A stretch of DNA of 64,000 nucleotides, from contig DATJIU010000125.1 of assembly GCA_035492855.1 (NCBI GenBank), positions 4,025-68,024 of the forward strand, read 5' to 3'. Under the pieces are notes generated by a model that did not search any database, was not told the DNA's origin, and saw nothing but the letters and a program-made list of their open reading frames with translations. This DNA is from Dongiaceae bacterium (lineage in GTDB: Bacteria; Verrucomicrobiota; Verrucomicrobiia; Limisphaerales; JAFMIX01). The position numbers were made by a program, and so were the translations under genes. Of the stretch, positions 1 through 10,100 are shown in pieces (the stretch's first letter is position 1; each line of letters opens with the position of its first letter).

Positions 1-841
1 GATACCCATCGCCGCCGCGGACGTCGCTTTGATAATCGCTCAGGCAGGAGTCCACGCGATGGCCGGCTTCCAAGTCCATCCGGTGCGATTCTCCCGAGTT
101 GTGGCCGCACAGCATCAGGAACAGGTTGGCGTGATGCTTCAATTTGTCGTAAATGGCCTGGCCGCGCGGATCCCAATCGCCATTTGCTTTCAGGATGTCG
201 TGGCTCACCACAATGGCCCGCCGGTTGGCGTATTGCGTCAGCACGCCATCCGCCCAGGCGTCAATGGCCGGATAATCCAGCGTGGGGTCGTTGTAATTGA
301 AATCAATATAGACCATCACAAAGTCCATGCCGCCCGCGGTGAGCAGGTCGTAGTGGTTCTGGTTGGCGGCGGTCATGCTGCCGCCGAAATAGTGATGCCG
401 CGCAAAGTGGTCGCGGCCGAAATAGGCCTGGTACTTTTCCGTGCCGCCGAGGTGATCATGATTGCCCGGCATGATTCCGTACGGAATGCCATCCGGCAGT
501 CCCGTCAGCGCCGGATCTTCCAGCCGGTACATGGCGTTGGTGGCGGGCAGCCATTGCTCGGGCAATTTGTCCCCGCCGTCTGTGATGTCGCCCAGATGCG
601 CCACATAGACAATGTTCAGGTTCGTGCGTTGGGCGATGATCCAGTCCGTCTGCGCCTGGAAAATTTGGGGATAGTCGCGGGCGTAAATCTGCGTGTCCGG
701 CAGTGCCACGATGGTGAAATCCGGTGCCGGTGCGGCTGCCGGCGCCGCTGCTGCGGGTGCCACCGGAGCTTCCGCGGGGGTGGAACAGGAAACCGTCAGC
801 CCACCCCAGGCGGCCAAGACAATGATCAACAGCTTGTTCAT
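1..841 (-). CDS. calcineurin-like metallophosphoesterase, predicted lipoprotein (C-terminus cut by window edge)
   Basis: This gene is absent from the ORF track because it is open at the left edge. Reverse translation from the ATG at 841-839 gives MNKLLIIVLAAWGGLTVSCS, a signal peptide with a lipobox-like Cys. It continues with VALPDTQ, HLGDITDGGD, MPGNHDH and LCGHN, the metallophosphoesterase motif series. I read no stop codon down to position 2. The listed + ORF 29..856 is its antisense shadow. Confidence 0.75.
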   Translation of the reverse strand, partial: MNKLLIIVLAAWGGLTVSCSTPAEAPVAPAAAAPAAAPAPDFTIVALPDTQIYARDYPQIFQAQTDWIIAQRTNLNIVYVAHLGDITDGGDKLPEQWLPATNAMYRLEDPALTGLPDGIPYGIMPGNHDHLGGTEKYQAYFGRDHFARHHYFGGSMTAANQNHYDLLTAGGMDFVMVYIDFNYNDPTLDYPAIDAWADGVLTQYANRRAIVVSHDILKANGDWDPRGQAIYDKLKHHANLFLMLCGHNSGESHRMDLEAGHRVDSCLSDYQSDVRGGDGY

Positions 842-946
842 GACGGCGCAGTCTAATCCCCAGGCAGAAGGCAGGAAACCGATTTATTGCAACTTCTCCG
901 AAACAAATCGTGACGCTGCGGTGGCAACGCGGCATCATCCCGCCGC

Positions 947-2173
947 TTGCAACCGGCCCGTTCCAACCCCGTCCCCCGGCTCCGCCTGCGGGTTACCGCC
1001 ACAGCGGAGACCATCTTGCGCGGCGGACATCCGTGGCTGTTTGCCGCGAGCATCCGCGAACAAAACCGCGCCGGTACCGCCGGCGAACTCGCCGTCATCT
1101 ACGACCGCAAAGACAAATTTCTGGCCTTGGGCCTGTACGATCCCGATTCGCCGCTGCGGGTGCGGGTGTTGCACGCGGGCAAACCAGTGACCGTGGACGC
1201 CGCCTGGTGGCAGCAGCGATTGGAAACCGCATTGCAGCGGCGGCGCGAATTGTTTGACGCCCGCACCAACGGTTTCCGCTGGATTCACGGCGAGAGCGAC
1301 GGCTGGCCCGGGCTGGTGCTGGACCGCTATGCCGGCACGCTGGTGCTGAAGCTTTACACCGCCGCCTGGTTGCCGCGTTTGGCGGAGGTGACACCGTTAA
1401 TCAGGGCAGCCTTGCAGCCGGAACGGTTGATATTACGCCTCAGCCGCAACATTCAAGAGACTGCGCGAAAAGAATATCAGTTGGAAGACGGAATGGACCT
1501 CGCCTTGCGGTCGCTACCCGACCTGACGCCGGTGGAGTTTCAAGAGACGGGCATCTGTTTTGAAGCCGATGTGGTGCGCGGACAGAAGACCGGATTTTTC
1601 CTCGACCAACGCGAAAACCGACGGCGGGTGGAAGCACTTGCACCGGGACGGGCGGTGCTCAACGCCTTCAGTTTCTCCGGCGGATTTTCCCTTTATGCGG
1701 CGCGGGGTGGGGCCGCGTCCGTGACGGATCTCGACATCAGCGTTCACGCCTTGGAAAGCGCGCGGCGCAATTTTGCCTTGAACCGGGCAGACGCGAAGGT
1801 GGCGGCCTGCCGGCATGAAACCGTGCAGGCCGATGCCTTTGCCTGGCTGGAGCAGCAAACCCGGCCGCGGTTTGATCTGGTTATTCTCGATCCGCCTTCG
1901 CTCGCCAAACGGGAGACTGAACGGGCCGGCGCCATCCAGGCCTACGGCCGGCTGGCGGCCAACGGTATGCGGGCGGTGCGTCCGGGCGGGGTGCTGGTGG
2001 CGGCCTCATGCTCGGCGCATGTCAGCGCGGCGGAATTTTTTGAGGCGGTCCGGGCGGCGGCCAAAACCTCCGGGCGGCGCTGGCGTGAACTGGAAACCAC
2101 CGGGCATCCCGCCGACCACCCGGCGACCTTCCCCGAGGCGCAGTATTTGAAGTGCATTTACCTGCAAGCGTGA
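947..2173 (+). CDS. class I SAM-dependent rRNA methyltransferase, RlmI/RlmK-like (PUA + MTase)
   Basis: A 408-aa ORF whose start codon in the sequence is TTG. The N-terminus has a PUA-like [10 protein letters not shown]. This is followed by [17 protein letters not shown], the SAM-site-like [29 protein letters not shown] and [10 protein letters not shown]. This order of motifs is typical of RlmI-type m5C methyltransferases. Confidence 0.8.
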   Translation: MQPARSNPVPRLRLRVTATAETILRGGHPWLFAASIREQNRAGTAGELAVIYDRKDKFLALGLYDPDSPLRVRVLHAGKPVTVDAAWWQQRLETALQRRRELFDARTNGFRWIHGESDGWPGLVLDRYAGTLVLKLYTAAWLPRLAEVTPLIRAALQPERLILRLSRNIQETARKEYQLEDGMDLALRSLPDLTPVEFQETGICFEADVVRGQKTGFFLDQRENRRRVEALAPGRAVLNAFSFSGGFSLYAARGGAASVTDLDISVHALESARRNFALNRADAKVAACRHETVQADAFAWLEQQTRPRFDLVILDPPSLAKRETERAGAIQAYGRLAANGMRAVRPGGVLVAASCSAHVSAAEFFEAVRAAAKTSGRRWRELETTGHPADHPATFPEAQYLKCIYLQA

Positions 2174-2185
2174 CTGACGCCAATT

Positions 2186-3205
2186 TTACTCCCGCACCGT
2201 GCGCAAACCGAGTTGCACGATTTGGTGGATCAGTTGCGGGTACGTCAGCCCGGCGCGGGCGGCGGACTGGGCAAAGTCTTCGTCGGCGGCGAGAATGGGA
2301 TTGGGATTGGCTTCGATAAAATACAGCTCGTTGTTCGCGTTGAGCCGCAGGTCTACGCGCGCATAACCGTCAATGGTGAGCAGGTGGTAAATGCGTTTGC
2401 AGGTCTGCTCGATGCTGCGGATCACGGCGGGATCGAGTCCCTCGGCGAACTGGTTTTGCAGGCCCCAGCGTTTGCGGTATTCCTCGTCCCACTTGGCCTT
2501 GTAGGTGGCGATTTTGGGTTCATCCGGCGGCACTTCGCGGAAGACCAGTTCGCGAATGGGAAACACCTGGAGGCGATGGTTGCCAAGCACGCTCACATAC
2601 AGTTCGCGGCCGGCGATGTATTCCTCGGCAATCACATCGTTGCCCAGTTTCTCGTGGATGAACTGCACCCGGTCGCGAAACTGTTCGTCCGTTTCCACGA
2701 AGGACGCCTGCGAAATGCCGTGCGAGGCCTCCTCCTTCAGCGGCTTGACCAGCAGGGGAAACTTGAGCCGTTTGGGCCGCGCGATGCGTTTGCCCCGGGG
2801 GATCATCACAAAATCGGGCACATCAATGCGGTGATAGCCGAGGATTTTTTTGGAGATGCCCTTGTGTTTGCAGAGGGTCAGCCCGGTGGAACCGCAGCCG
2901 GTGAAAGCCAGCCCGTGCATCTCCAGGAAGGAGACGATGTTCTGGTCAAAGGCCCGGTTGTTTTTGAACTGGTCGGCCAGATTGAAAATCAGGTCTGGCG
3001 CAAAGCTCTGGAGTTTTTGCCGGAGCAGGTCGAGGTCGTCAAAAATGGCCAGATGCTCCACAATGTGGCCGAGTTCCTTCAGCGCGGCGAGGACGTTGGC
3101 CTCGGTCTTCCAGTCGTCGGTCAGGAGTTCGGCGCTCAGGTCCTGGTCCACTGTGGTGGGGGTAATGGCGTCGAAGAGGGCGAGGATTTTGAGTTTCTTT
3201 TTCAA
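2186..3205 (-). CDS. ATP-grasp domain protein (D-Ala-D-Ala ligase-like family)
   Basis: A 339-aa ORF with a TTG start (caa at 3203-3205). Ddl-like ATP-grasp pattern: FPLLVKPLKEEASHGIS, VIAEEYIAGRELYVSVLG and YARVDLRLNANNELYFIEANPNP. Its start lies 4 nt after the stop of the upstream peptidase gene, consistent with an operon. Confidence 0.8.
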   Translation of the reverse strand: MKKKLKILALFDAITPTTVDQDLSAELLTDDWKTEANVLAALKELGHIVEHLAIFDDLDLLRQKLQSFAPDLIFNLADQFKNNRAFDQNIVSFLEMHGLAFTGCGSTGLTLCKHKGISKKILGYHRIDVPDFVMIPRGKRIARPKRLKFPLLVKPLKEEASHGISQASFVETDEQFRDRVQFIHEKLGNDVIAEEYIAGRELYVSVLGNHRLQVFPIRELVFREVPPDEPKIATYKAKWDEEYRKRWGLQNQFAEGLDPAVIRSIEQTCKRIYHLLTIDGYARVDLRLNANNELYFIEANPNPILAADEDFAQSAARAGLTYPQLIHQIVQLGLRTVRE

Positions 3206-3208
3206 GGA

Positions 3209-4228
3209 CTATTTGGTGCGTTTGAATTTGCCGGTGAAAAGGTGGTTCATCACGAGCGTGGTAATATAGGCGGCCACCTGCAGGTTCTGCTTGGGATCGT
3301 AGGCTTTGATGTGCAGGTCCAGTTCGTCGCAGCGGTCAATCAGCCGGGCGAGCAACTGGTTGGCGCGGTATTTTTTTTCATTGGTCCACTGGCACACGGC
3401 ATCCAGCAACTGCCGCCGGTGATGGCGCAGATAGGTGGAGGCGGGCACGCGCCCGGCCACATCGGGCGTGGCGTCAAAAAGCTGGCGCAGGTCGTTGTCG
3501 TAAAAATCCGGAAAGGCGTCCTCGTACAGCTTGCGCTTCCGGGCATAGTGCGTCTTGAGCTTGATGTTGAGGCAATCGTAGTCAGCGGGACGGTACGCCG
3601 GTTGATGCGGCGGCGGTTTGCCGGCGAGCGAACGCATCAGTTCATCCACGTACTCCAGCTTTTGCAGCGCCTTCCAGCCGCGATAACGTTCGCGCCAGTC
3701 GAGTCCGGGGGTCAGCCATACGGCGAATGTTTCGGCCCAGTCCTCGTCGGGATGGCTCTGGGCATACCAGTCGTCCAGGTGGACCACGAAGGAATGGCTG
3801 TAGGGACGCGGCCGGTAAAACTGCGGGGTTTCGTCGGTGGAAGTGGCGCCGAAGACGCGGCGCCACTTGGAACGTTTCTGGATCTGGTAGGCGTAAAAAT
3901 AGGCGTGGGCCGTTTCGTGGCGCATGAGGCGGAGAAACCATTCCGGCGTGTCACCCTCCACTTCGAGCATGAGATTCCGTTCCAGTTTGCGCAGCCGTTC
4001 GTGCGTGAGAAAGAACGGGATGAAAATGGCGGGGAGGCCCACCGGCACAAACCATTCGTCGCCCACGTGGCAGGGAGGATGAAAGGTCAGGCCTTTGGCG
4101 GAAAGCTCGGCATAGAGCTGCTGGATGAGCGGTTCCAGTTCCGTGCCGGAGAGTTGCAACCCAAGCCGGGAGATTTTGCACTCCAGCAATTCGGCATCGC
4201 TGTAGTGGGTCCAGTGGGGAACTTCCAT
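3209..4228 (-). CDS. putative zinc-binding metallopeptidase (HExxH; Peptidase_Mx-like)
   Basis: The ORF in the track is 3209..4282 with a GTG start. I prefer the in-frame ATG at 4228 (MEVPHWTHYSDAELLECK). The HExxH motif is seen as MRHETAHAYFYAY. The remainder (WYAQSHPDEDWAETFAVWL) resembles the family of putative zinc-binding metallopeptidases often found next to ATP-grasp genes. Confidence 0.7.
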   Translation of the reverse strand: MEVPHWTHYSDAELLECKISRLGLQLSGTELEPLIQQLYAELSAKGLTFHPPCHVGDEWFVPVGLPAIFIPFFLTHERLRKLERNLMLEVEGDTPEWFLRLMRHETAHAYFYAYQIQKRSKWRRVFGATSTDETPQFYRPRPYSHSFVVHLDDWYAQSHPDEDWAETFAVWLTPGLDWRERYRGWKALQKLEYVDELMRSLAGKPPPHQPAYRPADYDCLNIKLKTHYARKRKLYEDAFPDFYDNDLRQLFDATPDVAGRVPASTYLRHHRRQLLDAVCQWTNEKKYRANQLLARLIDRCDELDLHIKAYDPKQNLQVAAYITTLVMNHLFTGKFKRTK

Positions 4229-4453
4229 GCGCCGCAAGCTACCATGCGCGCCCCGGCGACCACAAGCCCGGCGCCCGGCCACGCCGGAATATTTGGTCTG
4301 AATATCCTGAAGGCAACCCGCTTGCAGAAGAATTGATCTGGAGGTTGCCGGGGGAGGGATTTTTCGTTTCCAGACTTGTTGAAAACCGGGGTTTCCGCCA
4401 TCTTAGGTTCCGTTGAACAAGGAGTTCAGACCTCCGCGTGAATGTAGTACCAC

Positions 4454-5677
4454 ATGAGCCGTAACCAGCAGCCAACCCCCGAGATTTCGCCGGTTTCCGT
4501 GGCGCCGCGCGAGCGCGCGAAGGGCGGCCGGATTTTGTTCGTCACCGATTTCTATCTGGAAGGCATGCTGGCGGGTATTGTGGATTTTGCCCGCGAGGCG
4601 GGTTGGGATCTGGATGCCAACATGCGATTGCACGGGCGGTTTCCCCCGGCGGACAACGCGGCGGGCATTCTGGCCACGGTACGGGGCGAACGGGTGCGCG
4701 ACTGGCTGGCCAAACAAAATAATTGTCCCATCGTGCGGATGCTGGTATCGCCCTTCGACCTGCCGTATCCGGCGGTGGAAGCGGATTATCGCGCAGCTGG
4801 TGAGGTGGGCGCGCGGCACCTGTTGGAACTGGGACATGTGCATTTTGCCTTTTACGCCCTGCAAAATTCCGAGGACACCGCCGAGGCGTGGTCGGGATTT
4901 TCCAGTGTGCTGAAAGCGGGCGGCCGGCGGGCCACGCTGCTGGACTGGTCGGCCCAAAATTTGAACCGGGGTTACCTGGACGTGGCCCGCGACGAACGCT
5001 GCCGCTGGCTGGCGGGCGAATTGCAGCGGTTGCCCAAGCCGCTGGCCATCATGGGTGACGATGACCGCCGCGTGCTGGATGTGCTGACCGCCTGTGAAAT
5101 GGTGAAATTGCGCGTGCCGGAGGACGTGGTGGTGCTGGGCTGCGACAATCATTGGGTGGAGCAGCGCATGGCCGAGATGCCCATTTCCTCGGTGGACATG
5201 AATTTCAAGGGCATGGGCTGGCACGCTTCGCGAATGTTGCAGCAGTTGATTGACGGCAAAACCCTGGCCGCGCCGGTGCTCAAAATCAGTCCGCTCGGAG
5301 TGCTGGCCCGCCGGTCCACAGCCGCCATGGTGACCGATTCGCCGGAGATCACCGCGGCGGTGTCGTATTTGCGCGAACACTTCCACGAGCGGCTGCGCGT
5401 TTCGGAACTGGCCAAACGCTCGGGGATGTCGGAACGGGTTTTCGAGAAGGAATTCAAGCGGTGCCTGGGGCGTTCGGCGCGGGAGGAAATCCTGCGCGCC
5501 CGGCTGGCCTGTGCCGCCCGGTTGCTGCGCGACACCGACCTCAAACTCGAAGCCATTGCCAACGAGAGCGGGTTTGGCTCGGCGGCGCAGTTGTGCCGCG
5601 CCTTTATTGCCGCCTACGGCTCCAGTCCCAATGTGTGGCGCCAACAGGTCAAACAGGCCGTGGTCATCACCGCGTGA
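4454..5677 (+). CDS. XylR-like transcriptional regulator (periplasmic-binding-protein-like sensor + AraC-type HTH)
   Basis: A 407-aa ORF with an ATG start. The C-terminus has an AraC HTH: LRVSELAKRSGMSERVFEKEFKRCLGRSAREEILRARLACAARLLRDTDLKLEAIANESGFGSAAQLCRAFIAAYGSSP. The N-terminal two thirds are LacI/PBP-like (ILFVTDFY, LAIMGDDD, VVVLGCDN). Confidence 0.85.
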   Translation: MSRNQQPTPEISPVSVAPRERAKGGRILFVTDFYLEGMLAGIVDFAREAGWDLDANMRLHGRFPPADNAAGILATVRGERVRDWLAKQNNCPIVRMLVSPFDLPYPAVEADYRAAGEVGARHLLELGHVHFAFYALQNSEDTAEAWSGFSSVLKAGGRRATLLDWSAQNLNRGYLDVARDERCRWLAGELQRLPKPLAIMGDDDRRVLDVLTACEMVKLRVPEDVVVLGCDNHWVEQRMAEMPISSVDMNFKGMGWHASRMLQQLIDGKTLAAPVLKISPLGVLARRSTAAMVTDSPEITAAVSYLREHFHERLRVSELAKRSGMSERVFEKEFKRCLGRSAREEILRARLACAARLLRDTDLKLEAIANESGFGSAAQLCRAFIAAYGSSPNVWRQQVKQAVVITA

Positions 5678-5757
5678 GAGGGATTGGCAATGGGGACTCC
5701 GCCCCGGGGCGCATCCCAAAACGGCAAAACTTTTTCGGATTAATGCAATGGACGCCG

Positions 5758-5788
5758 CTTGTTAAGGACTGGAGATTGTCTTAACAAG
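5758..5788. promoter_or_regulatory. perfect 9-bp inverted repeat CTTGTTAAG-N13-CTTAACAAG between the XylR-like gene and the prepilin-like gene
   Basis: Read directly from the sequence: cttgttaag at 5758-5766 and cttaacaag at 5780-5788. It is AT-rich in a GC-rich background and has no following T-tract. It is therefore more likely an operator or RNA structure than a terminator. Confidence 0.3.
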
Positions 5789-6017
5789 TGCGCCAGGAGG
5801 ATGGGTCAAGCAGTTTTGCTTAAAATTCCAGGAGGCATCGGACGTCCCATTGATTCAAATTTTTTCCGGGCAGGGGCAGCCCTCCGGGAAGGCAAATTTG
5901 CATCCGGTTTTTCAGCCCGGCGTTTTTAGCCTCTGGGGAATGGGTGATGATTCCCAACGGCGCCCCGGGGCGTTCCCCCGGGGCAAGGAATTGTCGCCGA
6001 CCCGGCCCAACAAATTT

Positions 6018-6830
6018 ATGTGTAACAAGTCGTATTCGGTGCGCCCGGGAAAAACCGGGGCTTTCACCCTCATTGAACTGCTGGTGGTCATTGCCATCAT
6101 CGCCATCCTGGCCTCGTTGCTGTTGCCGGCCTTGTCCAAGGCCAAAACCAAGGCCCAGGGCATTTCCTGCCTTAACAATACGAAGCAGTTGACGCTGGCC
6201 TGGACGATGTACGCGGGGGACAACGGCGGGCACTTCGTTTACAACAAGCCCGGCAATGCTTCCGATCTGGGCAACTGGGTGGGCAATGTGCTGGACTGGA
6301 GCGCCAGCACGCAGAACACGGATTTGAAATTGCTGCAAAAAGCGGCGCTTGGGCCGTATGTCGCCAAAAACGTAGGCATCTACAAATGCCCGGCGGATCA
6401 AATCGGCGGGCCCGCCGGTCCCCGCGATCGCAGCCTTTCCATGAACGCCTATGTGGGCGATACCGGCCACGGCCAGCCGATTACCGCCGGCTTTTCCCAG
6501 TTCATGAAGGAGTCGGACTTCCGCAATCCTTCCGGCATCTTTGTGTTTCTGGACGAGCACCCGGACAGCATCAATGACGGGTGGTTCATTTTCTGCACCG
6601 GAGGAAATCCCCTGGAGCGCAACCAATGGAGCGATCTGCCGGCCTCCTACCACAACGGTGCCGGCGATTTCTCCTTCGCGGATGGCCATTCGGAAATCAA
6701 GCGCTGGCTCAATGCCAGCACCAAGATGAATGTCCGGAAAAATGACGGGTATCTCCCGCTCTCTGTGAATCCGGCCAATAAAAACCAGGACATCACCTGG
6801 GTGGCGGAACGGACCACTTATCGCAAGTAA
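6018..6830 (+). CDS. prepilin-type N-terminal cleavage/methylation domain protein with H-X9-DG motif (DUF1559-like)
   Basis: The track ORF is 5850..6830. I prefer the ATG at 6018 ([14 protein letters not shown]). The class III signal is [30 protein letters not shown]. The C-terminal H-X9-DG motif is seen as [12 protein letters not shown]. Confidence 0.85.
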   Translation: MCNKSYSVRPGKTGAFTLIELLVVIAIIAILASLLLPALSKAKTKAQGISCLNNTKQLTLAWTMYAGDNGGHFVYNKPGNASDLGNWVGNVLDWSASTQNTDLKLLQKAALGPYVAKNVGIYKCPADQIGGPAGPRDRSLSMNAYVGDTGHGQPITAGFSQFMKESDFRNPSGIFVFLDEHPDSINDGWFIFCTGGNPLERNQWSDLPASYHNGAGDFSFADGHSEIKRWLNASTKMNVRKNDGYLPLSVNPANKNQDITWVAERTTYRK

Positions 6831-7130
6831 GCCAGAGGTTATGGCCGCACCGGACCCCACCAGCAACCCGGATCCTTGCCGGGACGGACAAGGCCAGCGA
6901 AAGGGCTGGCTCAATGCGGGTTGCGCCGATGGTGGCATCCCACGAATCACTCCATTTGGCATGCTGATATGCAATCCACACTGGCCCGGGTTGAGGCTTT
7001 CCCGGGTCGGAATATAACCGCAACCATATCAGTCATGCACAGGCGCGGATCGGGTTAATCCCCCCGGTCCGCGCCTTAACCATTGCTCCTTGAGGGATTC
7101 AAGGTTACAATTGGGTTAATTCTTTTACCC

Positions 7131-10100
7131 ATGAAGCGTGTTCTCTTCCCACGTCGTTGGTTGTATTGTGTCTGTCTCCTCCTCCTTGCGGTGATTGCTC
7201 CCGCTCAGGCCGCCAACATGACTCCGATAACCGTCACCGGTTTCAATGCGGATTTGGTCATTGAGAGCACGGCTTCCGGCCCGCCCTTTTCCAGTTATGC
7301 CACCGAGCTCAACCCCGGCGAGAACCTCAGTTTCTACGAGTCCGGCCTTTCCGGATTTTTCTATGGCCTGCCGGCGGGAGGTAATTTTACCAGTGCCGAT
7401 GACGGCACCACGGTGTTTCAGTTCCAACCCTTCACGGGTAACAATGCCCTCGTAATGAGCAGTGATACCGGCATCACCACCGGCACCCTCACCCTGGCCA
7501 TCCCGCAGACCTATGGGCGCGTGGCCATCCTGGCCAATTCCGCCAGCGGCGGGGGGTATCCGAACGTCACCTTCAATTTCAACGACGGCACCAGCTACAC
7601 TACCTTCTATAACGCTCCCGATTGGTTCAATAACAGCGGCTACGCCCTGCTGGGGGTGGAACGCATCAACCTCGGCAACGGCAATACCAGCGGCGCCCCG
7701 GACAACCCCCGGTTTTACCAGACGACCGTTGACCTGGATGCCGCGCTGGGCCTGACCAACAAGACGCTGGTGAGCATTTCGTTCGACCAGGCCTCCGGCT
7801 CGGGTTCCACGGCCATTTACGCGGTCAGCGGCGTGGTCGGCCAGCAAATTCCGGCGGCCATCCTCAGCGACCCCAAGGACCTCACGGTCAAGGAGGCGGA
7901 TCCCGCCAGTTTCAATGCGGCGGTGTCAGGCAATCCCACCCCGGCGGTGCAATGGTATCGCGGCGGGGTGAGCATTCCTGGGGCGACCAATCTCACTTAT
8001 AATATTGCGGCCACGGCGCTCACCAATTCCGGCGCCCTCTACCGGCTGGTCGCTTCCAACGTGGCCAACAGTGTCACCTACGTGGTGACCAGTGGCGTGG
8101 CCAAGTTGACCGTGATTGCCGACACCAATCCGCCGGTGTTGCTGCAGGCCCAGTCCCTGGGGTTGACCACCGTGGAAGTGGATTTCTCGGAAAAACTGGC
8201 GCCGGCTTCCGCCACCAACATCGCCAACTACGCCATCACCGGCACGAACGGCAGTCCGGGGATTTCCAGCGCCAGCCTGGACGGCACGCAAAAGACCGTC
8301 CTGCTCACCGTCAGTGCCATGACCGACGGGGCCACGTACACGCTCACCGTCACCAATGTCACCGACCAGGCGGCGGCGGCCAATCCCGTGGCGGCCAACA
8401 GCCATACCAACTTCGTGGCCACCGTGTACACCCCGGCCAACGTGGGCGGGGCGCCCCTCTCCGGCAGCCAAATTGCAGCGGGCAACTGGTTCAATCTCAG
8501 CGGCAGCGGCACGGACCTCGGCGGCACCAGTGATCAGTTCCAGTACAGCTATGTGACCCAGAATGGTGATTTTGACGTCATGGTGCGGCTGGACTCGCTG
8601 ACTTCCGTCGGCGCGTGGACCGAGGCCGGCATGGTGGTGCGCGAAGATCTCACTCCCGGTGCCCGCGAGATCAGCGTCATGGCCACTCCCGGTTCCATCG
8701 GCTGCTATTTTCAGTCGCGGGCGGTCACCGGCGGCGCCACCTCGCTCACCGGTTCCTTCCCGGTCAATTATCCCAACACCTGGCTGCGATTGAAACGGTC
8801 CGGCAACACCTTCACCGGCTGGGCCGGGTTCGACGGGAAAAACTGGACGCAGCTGGGCTCGGTCACGGTGGCGCTGCCAGCATTGCTGGATTTTGGCTTT
8901 GCCGTTTCCAGCCACGATACCACCCGGTTGGCCACCGCTGCCTTCCGCGATTATGGCGCCGTCACCAACGCGACCGAGAGCGGGCCGCCGGATTATGATC
9001 CGCTCGCCCAATGCAGCCGCAACACGCCGCTCGTCATTTCGGAAATCATGTATCACCCCACCAACAGCGGGATGGAATACGTGGAGCTTTACAATTCCAG
9101 CGGCGAACCGCAGGACATCAGCGGCTTCCAGCTGGATGGCAGCGTGCATTACACCTTCCCCACCAACACGGTGATGCCCGGCGGCGGCTTTATGGTGGTG
9201 GCGGAGTCGCCCGCCGCCTTGCAATCCGCCTACGGTCTCAGCGGAGTGTTCGGCCCGTACACCAACACCTTGCCCAACAGCAGCGGCAAGGTGATCTTGC
9301 GCCACCGCTCGGGCGCGCTCTTTTTGGAGGTGGATTATTCCGACCAACCGCCCTGGCCGGCCGCGGCGGACGGCGCGGGACATTCTCTGGTGCTGGCGCA
9401 TCCCTCCTACGGGCAAAGCAACCCGAAGGCCTGGGCGGCCAGCGATGTCATGGGCGGCTCGCCCGGACGGTTGGAACCCATCTCGGCGGATCCCTTGCGG
9501 GGCGTGGTCATCAATGAATTTCTCGCCCACACCGACCCGCCGCTGGAGGACTACATCGAGCTGTACAATCACAGCAACGTGGCCAAGGACCTTTCCGGCG
9601 CCTGGCTGAGCGACACCGCCGGGAGCCTGCTGTACCGCATTCCCAACGGCACCACCATTGCCCCGCGGGGTTTCGCCGTATTCACCCAGACCACGCTGGG
9701 CTTCAGTCTTACCGCGGCGGGCGAACAAATTTTCCTCGTCAATTCCAACCGCTCCCGGGTGATTGACTCCTATGTCTTCGGCGCGCAGGAGAATGGGGTC
9801 TCCTTCGGACGCGTGCCGGATGGCGCTCCGGACTGGTATCGGCTGGCCGCCCGGACCCCGGGCACCAACAATGGCGTGGCAATGCCCGCCCCGGTGGTGA
9901 TCAACGAGCTCATGTACCACCCCGTCACTGAACTGGATGACGACCAGTACGTGGAACTGTACAACCGCACGGCCAGCGCGGTGGACCTCAGCGGCTGGCA
10001 GTTGACGGACGGCATCACCTTCACCTTCCCGGGGGGCACCGTCATTCCGGCGCATGGTTATCTGGTGGCGGCCAGGAACGCCGCGCATTTGCGGGCCAAT

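Noticed and set aside
29-856. Plus-strand 275-aa ORF at the left edge.
   Set aside because: The minus strand encodes a metallophosphoesterase with signal peptide and GD/GNHD motifs. The plus ORF is its shadow.
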